Shown here piece after piece: positions 8,263-18,395 of a stretch of DNA of 64,000 bases. Every line of letters starts with the position of its first letter. The stretch's first letter is position 1. This DNA comes from Microcoleus sp. (GTDB taxonomy: Bacteria > Cyanobacteriota > Cyanobacteriia > Cyanobacteriales > Microcoleaceae), in NCBI GenBank assembly GCA_042408215.1, contig JAYFMW010000017.1:1-64000 (forward strand). The letters run 5' to 3'. The position numbers and the translations under genes were made by a program. The notes beneath the pieces were generated by a model. It made no database searches. It was not told the DNA's origin and saw nothing but the letters and a program-made list of their open reading frames with translations.

Positions 8263-9078
8263 AAATCTTTGCGTTGCCTTGCTATTTTTTGATGATGTTT
8301 AGCAAGGCGTTTAACAGCTTTGGGTCTGCGATTACTGCCTTTCTTTTTGCGAGAAACAGCCTTATTTCGCAGCTTTTTATCAATCTCAGCTTTTCTAGCA
8401 AACTGAGGGATAGATACGGTTTCACCATCACTGGTAATCAAGAAATCCTTCAGTCCCATATCAATACCGACAACATTATCAAGATTGACATCAGGACTAA
8501 TTGTAGGAACCGTTACATCTTGCAATGTCAGCACCACATACCAGCCATCAGCGTTCTTGACGATCTGAGCAGTTTTAATTTTGAATCCATCGGGAATAGG
8601 GCGGTGCAAGATAATCTTCACATCGCCAATCTTAGATAGAGTTGATGCGATTACCTTTGATGCAGTCTTGCGACATCTGAGTATAGGTAAAACTGTGATA
8701 TCTACCACGACCTTTAAATCTTGGCTTACCAGAGCGTTTACCTGCTTTGTCAGCACTGATATAACGGTCAAAAGCTTTCTTGACTCTAGCAATGCAATCC
8801 TGAAGCACTTGAGAATGAATGTTTTTGTACTCAGGAAATAGCTTTTTGGTATTGAGTAGATCTCGCTTTTGCCAGTAATAATCAGGCTGTTCAACTATGG
8901 GAGCAATGCTACATAATACGAGAGAGCATGAATTAACAGGACTACGAGTAGACTCATACCAGTTAAATCTCTCTGCCAGCCTATAGTTGTACTGCATACG
9001 CAACAAGTCAAGCCACTCATCGAATTGATGAGCTTGGGCTTTGTTAGGGCGTAATTTGTACTTGTAGGCTGTTATCAT
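8259..9078 (-). pseudogene. tnpB: IS200/IS605 TnpB, frameshifted near 8640 and truncated after RKDFH
   Basis: AYKYKLRPN HTH, SQVLQD, GKPRFK, GIDMGL (RuvC-I), KKKGSNR; RuvC-II, Zn finger and RuvC-III absent. Confidence 0.92.
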
Positions 9079-9351
9079 GCCATAATTGTACCATAAGATA
9101 GATGGTATATAGTAATGAAAAAAATAACTTTTCATCTGGCAGATCAAGAGTTTGATTTGCTTGAATCCTACTGTGAGCAGACCGAAAGAGGTAAGACTGA
9201 AGTGTTGAGAGAATTGATACGCAGTTTAAAGATTAGCTCTAAAAGCAAAGATAATTGTTAATCAACGGGGTATCGAACCCCGTTGATTAACACGCTTACA
9301 TCCCGTCACTCAAGGTCGTACCGTTAGAGTGCGGGGCTTTCGCTTAGTAGC
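8260..9351 (-). mobile_element. Left half of an IS200/IS605-family (RHH + tnpB) element
   Basis: tnpB, divergent RHH gene, hairpins at 9258-9290 and 9302-9335 resembling a left end; outer boundary approximate. Confidence 0.7.
9115..9261 (+). CDS. Ribbon-helix-helix (CopG-like) protein divergent from tnpB, 48 aa
   Basis: MKKITFHLADQEFDLLESYCEQTERGKTEVLRELIRSL...; not in the ORF track. Confidence 0.8.
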   Translation: MKKITFHLADQEFDLLESYCEQTERGKTEVLRELIRSLKISSKSKDNC

Positions 9352-9531
9352 TAACGATTCCTGGTACACTGACTCTAAAAATCCTGGCCCCGTCGCCGTT
9401 TTAGTCCTAGATTCTAGAATAATTCTAAGTTTTCAACCTAGTTTTGTCGTTTCAGCCGTTGAGTACGCTAAGTTTACATGAGTTTGCTTACTAGACAGTT
9501 TCTAGATTTCATCCAGGAATTCCGGTGAGGC

Positions 9532-9570
9532 TTGACAAAAACACAAATTAACCCTAAATTTAGGGTTAAT
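9532..9570 (+). promoter_or_regulatory. Promoter with a perfect 24-bp palindrome over the -10
   Basis: TTGACA 9532-9537, 17-bp spacer, TAAATT; ATTAACCCTAAATTTAGGGTTAAT 9547-9570. Confidence 0.55.
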
Positions 9571-9912
9571 CATTAAGTGATTAAGCGGATAGTTACAGGA
9601 AGTTTTGCATCGCAGTACGCTTTAAGCGGTGCGACTGAGCCGATGCACCTCAATCGCCGCTCCAATCGCTCTATAGGCTAACTGTTCTACCTGTTCGCCC
9701 AATTGTCTCATTCTTCTTTCTTCTTCCTTCGCGTCCTACCCTACGGGAACGGCTTCGCCGAACGCGTCTTCGTGGTTCATTCGTTCTTTCCTCTCAATGT
9801 GTCGATCGCACAAATATCATATCCCCTCTTCGCTACTGAGACAATAATCCCGATCGCACCCCAGCCGTTCTAAAATCAAAGGTAATTCACCTAAATTTGA
9901 CATAGGCACCGC

Positions 9913-11118
9913 ATGGATACTAAAGCTTTTAAGCGATCGCTACAACAGTCGGCAAATTACCACCGCAAGGGTTTCGGGCACGAAGCTGAGGTTACGGAGG
10001 TGATGAAGACGGCTTATCAAAGCAGTCTGATTCAGCAAATTCGGGACAATAATTACAGACTGGAACGCAACGGCGTCACGATTCGGCTGGCGGAGTCTTT
10101 TGGTTTTTGCTGGGGTGTGGAACGCGCCGTAGCTATTGCTTACGAAACTCGCCAGCATTTCCCAACGGAACGGATTTGGATTACGAATGAGATTATTCAC
10201 AATCCCTCAGTAAACCAGCATTTGCGGGATATGGAAGTTGGTTTTATTGCGGTTGATTCGGGGCAGAAAGATTTTTCGGTTGTCGATAGTGGCGATGTGG
10301 TAATTTTACCTGCTTTTGGGGCGAGCGTGCAAGAAATGCAGTTGCTCAACGATAAAGGCTGCAAGATTGTTGATACAACTTGTCCTTGGGTTTCTAAGGT
10401 TTGGAATTCTGTTGAGAAGCACAAAAAGAAGGATTATACTTCGATTATTCACGGTCAGTACAAGCATGAAGAAACTGTTGCGACGAGTTCTTTTGCTGAT
10501 AAATATTTGATTGTACTGAATTTGCAGCAGGCTGAATATGTCAGCAATTATATCATATATGGGGGCGATCGCAATGAGTTTATGGCGAAGTTTAGCAATG
10601 CTTATTCGGCTGGTTTTGACCCAGATGTGGATTTAGAAAGAATTGGCATTGCTAACCAAACTACTATGCTCAAAACTGAGACGGAGCAGATGGGCAAGTT
10701 GTTTGAAAAGACGATGATGCGGAAGTTCGGCCCGGCTCAGTTGAACGAACATTTCTTGAGTTTTAATACTATTTGCGATGCGACTCAAGAGCGGCAAGAT
10801 GCGATGCTGAGTTTGGTGGAGGAAAAGTTGGATTTGATGGTGGTAATTGGGGGTTTTAATTCTTCTAATACGACGCATTTGCAAGAGATTGCGATCGACA
10901 ACACTATTCCGTCTTATCACATTGACTGTGCGGAACGCATTTTACCAGGAAATCGGCTCGAACACAAGCCTTTGGGGGGTGATTTAGTCATCGCACAAAA
11001 CTGGCTACCGTCGGGCAAAATTGTGGTGGGGGTGACTTCTGGTGCTTCGACGCCGGATCAGGTTGTGGAGGATGCGATCGAGCGCATTTTTGCCGTAAAA
11101 GCAGCGCTTGTCCTTTAA
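9913..11118 (+). CDS. ispH: 4-hydroxy-3-methylbut-2-enyl diphosphate reductase
   Basis: [43 protein letters not shown]. Confidence 0.97.
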   Translation: MDTKAFKRSLQQSANYHRKGFGHEAEVTEVMKTAYQSSLIQQIRDNNYRLERNGVTIRLAESFGFCWGVERAVAIAYETRQHFPTERIWITNEIIHNPSVNQHLRDMEVGFIAVDSGQKDFSVVDSGDVVILPAFGASVQEMQLLNDKGCKIVDTTCPWVSKVWNSVEKHKKKDYTSIIHGQYKHEETVATSSFADKYLIVLNLQQAEYVSNYIIYGGDRNEFMAKFSNAYSAGFDPDVDLERIGIANQTTMLKTETEQMGKLFEKTMMRKFGPAQLNEHFLSFNTICDATQERQDAMLSLVEEKLDLMVVIGGFNSSNTTHLQEIAIDNTIPSYHIDCAERILPGNRLEHKPLGGDLVIAQNWLPSGKIVVGVTSGASTPDQVVEDAIERIFAVKAALVL

Positions 11119-11258
11119 TCTTTGCTGGTAGAGACGCGAAAGTGCATCTTTACAAGTGGGCGGATATATAGCTTGTAAAAGTATAGTCATCTATTACAGT
11201 GCCGTGGGAGGCATGAAGTCCCTCCCCTTTCTTTTTTACTTCGAGCGGATTGACCCTT

Positions 11259-12470
11259 CTAAAGCTGAACTACGCAGCTCTCTATCCCATTGCACAAGGC
11301 ATTTGGGATTGCTTTTCGCATAATATTGTAAGACCCATTAACATCGGCATTAATTAATTGACCGCAGGATGTTTTGTACAATCCTCTCTTAATTCGTTGA
11401 CCACTAAATGTGACATCCATGTCACCAATACTCCCGTATACAGGAATTGGATCTAAATTCAGAAAACTGGATTGAGAAGTATATGATTCTTCCTGCACCA
11501 TCACTCTTATTCCAACCAATACAGCCTTATATTCCAACATCTCAATTAATCGAGCATGAGGAACTGTTACGAAGTTCTGATTAGTTTTTTTTCCCAAATT
11601 AATCTCGTTTTTCCATTGCACATTTTTCCCTATTACCAGAGTCCCAATCTTTTCTGAACTTAAAAGATTGATGATGGAACGACTGGCCTGGTGTAAGTAA
11701 TTCTCGATTTTTTGGTTTCTACAACGAGTCAAGCGCTGAATCCTACGCGATGTTTTGCGACTCTCTTTCAATTGAGATTGTAGATGTGCTTTACGCTTGT
11801 TGTAAAACTGATTAATTGATTTTAATGGTCGTCCGTTAATCAGTAAAGGGACAAATCCCGGCTGATTTGAAGTTAACGCCACTAAATTATTTAGCCCTAA
11901 ATCGATACTAGCTACTAATTGTTTCTGATTTTCATCAATGGTGGACTCCGGCTCATCATAAATTACCTCAATTACATAACAATCACACTTAGGAACTAAC
12001 CTAACTTGACAAATTTGCTCTGGTTTTACCTTGGTCTTAATCAAGATGTTAGTCCCGGACAGATGGATAATTCCTTTCTTTAGTTGCTTGGTACTAATCG
12101 CCTGAATCGTATAAACGAGAATGTTTCGCCCTTTGACTTTATCTTTGTACTTGGGTAACTTTGGGCTACCAGTAAATTTTGTTGGCTCAATATTGTAAGC
12201 TTTAACGGCTTCAAAAAAAGATTTCCAATTCTTGTCCAATATCATCAAGATTTGTTGACTTACCTTGGCTGGTAAGTCCTTGTATGCTTGATGAGATTTC
12301 ATCAAACAGTTCATTTCGTTGTAATTGATATAACCCCATCCATAGACAAAACTCTGACGAATAACGTAGTTAGCGACGTTGTAGAGATTTTTGGATTTAA
12401 AGGCTAATCCGTCAATTTCAACAAAACGATTCTCGGTGGATTTAATGATGTGTCTCTCTGCTAGTTGCAT
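11259..12470 (-). CDS. tnpB: IS200/IS605 TnpB RNA-guided nuclease, apparently intact, rearranged RuvC-II type
   Basis: SIDLGLNNL, LVIGKN, QEESYTS, INADVNGSYNI; no tnpA adjacent. Confidence 0.93.
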   Translation of the reverse strand: MQLAERHIIKSTENRFVEIDGLAFKSKNLYNVANYVIRQSFVYGWGYINYNEMNCLMKSHQAYKDLPAKVSQQILMILDKNWKSFFEAVKAYNIEPTKFTGSPKLPKYKDKVKGRNILVYTIQAISTKQLKKGIIHLSGTNILIKTKVKPEQICQVRLVPKCDCYVIEVIYDEPESTIDENQKQLVASIDLGLNNLVALTSNQPGFVPLLINGRPLKSINQFYNKRKAHLQSQLKESRKTSRRIQRLTRCRNQKIENYLHQASRSIINLLSSEKIGTLVIGKNVQWKNEINLGKKTNQNFVTVPHARLIEMLEYKAVLVGIRVMVQEESYTSQSSFLNLDPIPVYGSIGDMDVTFSGQRIKRGLYKTSCGQLINADVNGSYNIMRKAIPNALCNGIESCVVQL

Positions 12471-12582
12471 TCAGACTCTCCATTTTTTAACAATCGCAAT
12501 AATTATCTCAGTTGAGCCTTCTGACTATATGATACTACCATTGCTTACTACTGCTTACAAACTTAATAAAGTTTTATAATAC

Positions 12583-12631
12583 TATGTCATTGCGAACCCT
12601 GCGATTGCTTCGCGAAGCTGGCAATGACATA
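12583..12631. repeat. REP-like hairpin
   Basis: TATGTCATTGC...GCAATGACATA. Confidence 0.6.
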
Positions 12632-12715
12632 GATGTTGCTAGTTCCAGAAAAATCAAATATTGCTATATAGTTTAAGTTAAAATACTGAAATACTCAAAA
12701 AACTATGGTAATTAG

Positions 12716-13213
12716 GTGGACAGATTTCAGGCAGACATAGAAGCAATTTGCTCTCAGATTGAGACCCTGCGACGGGAACGCCAGCAGATTAGTATTGCCG
12801 CCGCCGCCCCAGTCGGCGATTCGCCACAAGCGATCGCGGATGCTTACCGCCGTCACGCGAGGGAAACAGCACAAGTTTCGGCAGAAGTCAAGGGGATAGA
12901 TGATGCGATCGCCGCTTTGTCAGCTCAATTGAGTCAAAAACAGCAGCAGTCGGGAAACTTGCCAAAAATGAGTCCGATGGAGCAGCAGGTTGAAGAGGGA
13001 AGAGCCCAGGCTCGCGGACACGCTGAGCGGATCAATGTACTGGCGGCGGAACTAGCAAGGGAGGTCAAGGGACTTAAGGCGATCGCTGACCAAATCAGCC
13101 CCAGCTACTGGCAGGTTTATTATAAGCCTTTTATTACTGGTTTTAAGAGTATTTCAGTGCCTTATGTGCGATCGGACGGCGATGTTTGGACTATTGTCAA
13201 CCGAATAGTTTAG
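12716..13213 (+). CDS. Hypothetical coiled-coil protein
   Basis: 165-aa GTG ORF. Confidence 0.7.
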   Translation: MDRFQADIEAICSQIETLRRERQQISIAAAAPVGDSPQAIADAYRRHARETAQVSAEVKGIDDAIAALSAQLSQKQQQSGNLPKMSPMEQQVEEGRAQARGHAERINVLAAELAREVKGLKAIADQISPSYWQVYYKPFITGFKSISVPYVRSDGDVWTIVNRIV

Positions 13214-13278
13214 GAGGCTGTGGGAGCAGAAATAGGAAGTACCTCAGCCGATTTTTCCAGTCGCTATCCCCGTCAGCC

Positions 13279-13644
13279 TCAACCCCGCAGCAGTTGCTTA
13301 ATCGTGCCGACCAATTCCTGGGGGTGAAATGGCTTAGCGATGTAAGCATCAGCTCCTTGCTTCATTCCCCAGTAGCGATCGAACTCTTCGCTTTTGCTAG
13401 AACACATAACCACCGGCAAATTTTGAGTTTTGGGGTCGCTTTTGAGTCGCCGACAGACTTCGTAGCCGTTCATCCGCGGCATCACGATATCTAGAACGAC
13501 TAAATCGGGGCGGTTTGCTTTTATTTGCTCGAGAGCCTCGACGCCATCGCTTGCTACAGTGACGTTCAGTCCTCTACCTTTGAGCAAGTCGGCGATCATC
13601 TCCCGCAGAGTTACGCTATCATCAACAACCATAACTGTACTCAT
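13279..13644 (-). CDS. CheY/PilH-like single-domain response regulator
   Basis: VMVVDDS, LDIVMPRMNG, WGMKQGADAYIAKPF; ATG at 13644. Confidence 0.93.
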   Translation of the reverse strand: MSTVMVVDDSVTLREMIADLLKGRGLNVTVASDGVEALEQIKANRPDLVVLDIVMPRMNGYEVCRRLKSDPKTQNLPVVMCSSKSEEFDRYWGMKQGADAYIAKPFHPQELVGTIKQLLRG

Positions 13645-13955
13645 AGAATAGTCCTTACCAAGTTTCTGGGTTGAAACGTTCACAATCAAGGGTGTCTTGG
13701 GCTGATTGAAATTGCACTCTGTTAAAAGTAGTTTACCCACTTTTGCTCAGTTCCCAATCATTTTCTGAATAATTAACACGAAATAAAGATCCGCGAAATC
13801 TCGGTTGACACACCATGCTTTGTCCGTTATTATATCATTTTCTTTATAAAATGGTAGTTTTGTCAAAAAATGATGATTTAGCTTGGTTGTGCGGGGAGGG
13901 CCAGCCGGAACGGACTGAAGCCCGAAACGGCAACTGGGATGACCGAAAACTTGGG

Positions 13956-16277
13956 CTAATTATGGTTTTTAGTGCCTAGAATCGGTAGTTTTTGGTCGTA
14001 GACAGTCTCTAAACTGATTGGGCGCTGGCGGTAGTTGTTACTGGAGCCTTTGTAACCGTTAGCAACGATTCCTAAGACGGAAGCTCCAGAAATTTTTAAA
14101 TCTTCTAATGATTTGCGAACTTGCGCTCTGTCTGTTTGTGCAATTTTTACCACCATGATTGTGCCGTCTGTGTGAGCCGCGATCAAGTGTGCGTCAGCCA
14201 AGCCGACTAGGGGCGGTGAGTCATAAATCACTAAGTCAAAAAACGCTTGAAATTGCTCCATCAGATACTGCATTTTTTGGGAGGAGAGGAGCTTGATGGG
14301 ATCGGAGGGAATTTTGCCTGCGGTTAGTATGAAGAGATTGTCTTCCGAGGGCGCACGCTGAATGGCGTCGTTGAGGCTGATGTCGGTGGAGATGGCATCG
14401 GCCAGGCCGCGCACGTTCGGCAATCCTAACTTAGCGTGCAGTTGCGGACAGCGCAAATCGGCATCTACTAACAATACTCGCTGGCCGACTGCTGCTGCTG
14501 TGGCGGCTAGGTGGAGTGCTACTGTAGATTTTCCGTCTCCGGCTACGGCTGAGCTGACTAAGAGCGATCGAATCGCCCGGCCGGCACTGAGCAAGTGAAT
14601 GTTGGTATAGAGCGAGCGAAATGCTTCTAAAAATTGATAGTCAAAGTCGTTAAAAATACTTCTACTTCCGAGCATCGGAGCCGTATCTTTAGCTGGCATC
14701 TGAGTGGCAACTTCCACTTTAACGAAGGCCCGTTTTTTTGTTCTAACAGGCCGTTGGCGCTTGACTTTTTTGGTAAACGGAATCACCCCGATCAGTGGCA
14801 ATCTTGTTGCGATTCTCACTGCTTCTGGAGTATGAAAAACCGTATTTAGCACTTCTACGAGCAAGCCGATTGCTAGGCCCAACAAACTGCTTAAAATTAC
14901 TGCCAGCACTAATTGTTTTTTAGTTTGTTTGACCGTAGCAGTTATAAACCTGCCGGATTTGTCTAGGGGAATTTCGGGAGGATTGATCAGTACCCAAGGT
15001 ATTTGCTGCTGAGCCGCATCGATCCGCAGCGCTTCTCGTTTGGCCAAGAAGTCCGACAAACTCTTAGTAATTACTTGCAGTTCCCGCTGTAAATTGTCGT
15101 ATTGTCTGGTGGTTACTGAAAAGTTTCTGATTTTTTGGTTGAGATCTGTTTGAGCTTGAGTCATTTCGCGATCGCGCGCTTCAACTTCGGCGATTTGGCC
15201 AGATAAATTTGCCATCACCACTTGTTTTGCTTGTTGACTTGCAGTTAGTATCAGTTCTTCCCGGCTTTTTCGCAGTGCTTGAACTGGCAAACTGTCGTCT
15301 CTATACTGAGCTAATTTCAGGGATAGTTCTGAGTCTACTTTTTGGATTTGACCTAAGAGTCCACCGTAAGCTTGTCCTTGGGTCATCAGCACGCCGACTG
15401 GATTATTTTGATTGACTAATTTTTCATAGTTTTGGTAGAGGGTACGCATCCCTTTTAGTTGTACTCGGAGTGCTACTTGTTGTCCCCGAATGCTTTGAAC
15501 TTGTTCTGACAGAGATTTGCCCTCTAGCTGGGGGTCAAACAAGTTTTTCTGCTGCCGCAGCCTTTGGACTTGCAGTTGCAAGACTTCTACTCTTTCTCGG
15601 AGCTTGGGCAGCTCCATATCTATAAATTTAACACCTTGATTAATACCATTCAGTCGTTGTTGCAAGCTGTACTCTAGATAAGCTTTAGAAATTTTATCTA
15701 AGACACCGTAAATTTTTTTAGGTGCTGAATCTTTGTAGCGCACTTGTAAAATTTTTGTGCCTTGTTGTTTGCCATCTTTTGTGTAACTGATGCGGCTAAT
15801 TGACATTTTTTCCATCAGTTCTGTGTAGGTTATTTTAGGATACCAAGCTCGCAATTCCTGAATCACTGGCTGCATCATTTTGGGGCTACGCAAAATCCTA
15901 ATTTGGGTTTCGTAGTCTACTAAGCTAATGCCTTCTATATTGAATTTTGCTAAGTCTGTCGTAACGGTGTTGTCTAATTGTTTGGACAGTAAACCTTCAG
16001 CGGTGGCTGGTTCTACTAACATAGAAAAGGAGCCTTCATAATCGATCGTCATAGTTTTAGAACTGGTGACGATCGCGGCTCCGGCGAGGGCGCTCAAGGC
16101 AATGGTGGTGGCGGCCATGACGAAGATGCGGCGACGCACGACGCCAAACAGCCAGGACAAGTCGAGTTTTTCTGACTCGGCCTCCTCAAACTGATCTCTG
16201 TAGTTCTGAGCCGACAAGGATGGCAGTTTGCCATGAGATTTGGGTATGAAGGGTTGGTAATCTTGTCTGTTATCCAT
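13956..16277 (-). CDS. wzc: Wzc/GumC polysaccharide co-polymerase, tyrosine autokinase
   Basis: Two TM segments, periplasmic coiled coil, GDGKST, VDADLR, DSPP. Confidence 0.9.
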   Translation of the reverse strand: MDNRQDYQPFIPKSHGKLPSLSAQNYRDQFEEAESEKLDLSWLFGVVRRRIFVMAATTIALSALAGAAIVTSSKTMTIDYEGSFSMLVEPATAEGLLSKQLDNTVTTDLAKFNIEGISLVDYETQIRILRSPKMMQPVIQELRAWYPKITYTELMEKMSISRISYTKDGKQQGTKILQVRYKDSAPKKIYGVLDKISKAYLEYSLQQRLNGINQGVKFIDMELPKLRERVEVLQLQVQRLRQQKNLFDPQLEGKSLSEQVQSIRGQQVALRVQLKGMRTLYQNYEKLVNQNNPVGVLMTQGQAYGGLLGQIQKVDSELSLKLAQYRDDSLPVQALRKSREELILTASQQAKQVVMANLSGQIAEVEARDREMTQAQTDLNQKIRNFSVTTRQYDNLQRELQVITKSLSDFLAKREALRIDAAQQQIPWVLINPPEIPLDKSGRFITATVKQTKKQLVLAVILSSLLGLAIGLLVEVLNTVFHTPEAVRIATRLPLIGVIPFTKKVKRQRPVRTKKRAFVKVEVATQMPAKDTAPMLGSRSIFNDFDYQFLEAFRSLYTNIHLLSAGRAIRSLLVSSAVAGDGKSTVALHLAATAAAVGQRVLLVDADLRCPQLHAKLGLPNVRGLADAISTDISLNDAIQRAPSEDNLFILTAGKIPSDPIKLLSSQKMQYLMEQFQAFFDLVIYDSPPLVGLADAHLIAAHTDGTIMVVKIAQTDRAQVRKSLEDLKISGASVLGIVANGYKGSSNNYRQRPISLETVYDQKLPILGTKNHN

Positions 16278-16290
16278 ATTCAGCCTGTGT

Positions 16291-16419
16291 ATTTGAGAGA
16301 TTGATATTTGAGAGATTGATATTTGAGAGATTGATATTTGAGAGATTGATATTTGAGAGATTGATATTTGAGAGATTGATATTTGAGAGATTGATATTTG
16401 AGAGATTGATATTTGAGAG
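16291..16419. repeat. 15-bp tandem repeat ATTTGAGAGATTGAT, 8 copies plus a partial
   Basis: Perfect copies ending 13 bp before the wzc start codon. Confidence 0.97.
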
Positions 16420-16572
16420 TCGGCTGTGACTGTTGGAAAATCCTAGGACTTTTATTCTCACCTTTGGCAGGAATTATCAACCCGGAAAGCCGATAGCCAA
16501 CTGTATTGACCGAGCGCTGGAAACGGCAGTAACAAATAGGATTTGCTCAAATTTTACCAAGAGCGATCGTCC

Positions 16573-18051
16573 TCACCTAAATAGGTTTTTGAGAACGTTT
16601 ATAAAATTTAACACTCCGGTAGCAGGCCCTACAGGCCCGACGACAGCGTTCATGCGATCGAGCAATTTGACTAGACCACTGCGGGATACGATAATCATGT
16701 CGTTGTTGCGAAGTTGAGGATTTTTTTCCTCATTAATTCCTTGAGTTAAATCGACTTCGATCGTGCGTTTAGTTGCGGTGCCGTCGGTATTGAGGCGAAC
16801 TAGCTCAACTTTTTCCCTGGTAGCTCTATTATTGTCATAGCCAAAAAAACCTCGGGAGATCAAAGCTTGATTCAGGGTAGCATTCGCTGGTAGCTTGACG
16901 GGATCGACGGACGTTCTGACTTCTCCCACCACAAAAACATTGATGGCGGGGGGAGCAAAGTTAGTGGTAGCCAGCAAGCCAGCTTCGGCGGGGTTGACGA
17001 TACTGGCTTTGGGAACAACAATCGTGTCTCCCTGCTGGAGGATGGTGTCTTGGGCACCGTCGCCGGACTCCAGGAATTGCCAGAGGTTGACTGGGATAAT
17101 TTGTTCGCCTTTTCTGGTGAGGCGGCGCACTTGGATTTGGCGGATGTCAGCTTCGGAGGTAATTCCGCCGGCTAGCTGAATGGCGCGGATGACGGTGGGG
17201 AAGCCTTCTCGGCTGAGGTCATTTGTGGTATTGCCGCCGATGACTACGTAAGCACCCGGACGGGTGACTTGGCCGACGATGGAGATCGATCGAGGTTTTT
17301 CAGGGGGCGGCGAAAAGTTGGCGATCGCGAATTGGCGGGATTCTGCTTGGTTGAAGTTGGCGACAGTCGGGATCACAATTGTGTCTCTGTCTTGCAAAAT
17401 GATGTCTTGAGAGATATCTCCTTCTTGGAGGAATTTCCAGAGGTTGACGCTGAGCACTTGGTCGGGCCCGTCCGGCTGGGGGCGGCGCACGCGGATGTTG
17501 CGGAGATCCGCGATGCCGGTAACGCCTTCTGCGAGTCTGATCGCTTGGGTGACAGTGGGATACTGAACTGAGGGGGCGACCCCTGGGCCTGGGGTGAGGG
17601 ATATGATGAAGTTTCCGGGCCTGGTGACTTCTCCGATGACACCGACGTTGAGGGGGCGGGCGGCTACGAGGCTGACTGTGACTATGGGGTCTTTGAGGAC
17701 GCGGCGGTAGGCGTTGCGGATGATGTTGGTGGCTTCTACTAAGGTGCGGCCGCGGATGGAAATTAAACCAATCAGGGGTAGGTTGACGGAACCATCTGAG
17801 AGGACTTCGTAGCCACGGCTGAGTTCTGGTACTTCGAGTATTTCTACTTGGATGCGATCGCCCCCGCCGAGTTTATAGCTTTCGGGCGTTTTCCTAACCG
17901 GTATAACGGTCGGGAGTTGGTCTGCTCCTGGTCTGATGGGCAGTTGTGCCGGGGTGCGAGAGGGGCAAGCGATGACTGTCAAAGCAAAGAAAACCATACC
18001 CACAACCGACGGGGTGAACTGCCTGGGAAAATGGGTGTTAACCATTGGCAA
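16573..18051 (-). CDS. wza: Wza/SLBB polysaccharide export protein
   Basis: YKLGGGD, DGSVNLPLIG, repeated GEVxRPG SLBB domains. Confidence 0.9.
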   Translation of the reverse strand: MPMVNTHFPRQFTPSVVGMVFFALTVIACPSRTPAQLPIRPGADQLPTVIPVRKTPESYKLGGGDRIQVEILEVPELSRGYEVLSDGSVNLPLIGLISIRGRTLVEATNIIRNAYRRVLKDPIVTVSLVAARPLNVGVIGEVTRPGNFIISLTPGPGVAPSVQYPTVTQAIRLAEGVTGIADLRNIRVRRPQPDGPDQVLSVNLWKFLQEGDISQDIILQDRDTIVIPTVANFNQAESRQFAIANFSPPPEKPRSISIVGQVTRPGAYVVIGGNTTNDLSREGFPTVIRAIQLAGGITSEADIRQIQVRRLTRKGEQIIPVNLWQFLESGDGAQDTILQQGDTIVVPKASIVNPAEAGLLATTNFAPPAINVFVVGEVRTSVDPVKLPANATLNQALISRGFFGYDNNRATREKVELVRLNTDGTATKRTIEVDLTQGINEEKNPQLRNNDMIIVSRSGLVKLLDRMNAVVGPVGPATGVLNFINVLKNLFR

Positions 18052-18290
18052 CCTAACTTTTTTACTATGATTTATATAAGTTTAGCCTTTTTAGTGCGGG
18101 GCAAAAAGCTGATCATTTTAAGCGATCGCCAAAAAATGGAGCCTGTATTTTTGCTTGATGGCTAATTTCTGTGCTAGCTTGGTTGCGGGTTGATGGCTAG
18201 ATTTTAGATCAAATCCGCTAGCATCGGAATTACAAAGTCAAGTCAAGTGGCCACCCAAGCATCAGCGCAATTTTCAGTTTTTCGACTCAC

Positions 18291-18351
18291 TGTCAACTGT
18301 CAACCGTCAACTGTCAACAATCATCTCCAAGAGTGCAACCGGAATCGATAT
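18291..18351 (+). repeat. About 60-bp dispersed repeat; inverted partner at 34000-34058
   Basis: (GTCAACY)n-AATCATCTCCAAGAGTGCAACCGGAATYGATAT. Confidence 0.85.
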
Positions 18352-18395
18352 TAGAGATAAATAACTCATCCTGTTTTTGACAAAGGAAAGTAATT

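Noticed and set aside
8238..8894. Independent 218-aa gene
   Set aside because: It is the shifted frame of the broken tnpB; the last six residues read into the IS110 element.
9111..9125. TAATGAAAA at the RHH start as a second bridge-RNA target
   Set aside because: Short AT-rich partial match with no sign of recombination; similar partial match near 39787.
16270..16480. Pentapeptide-like ORFs (SNINL, YQSLK)
   Set aside because: Translations of the 15-bp repeat without gene context.
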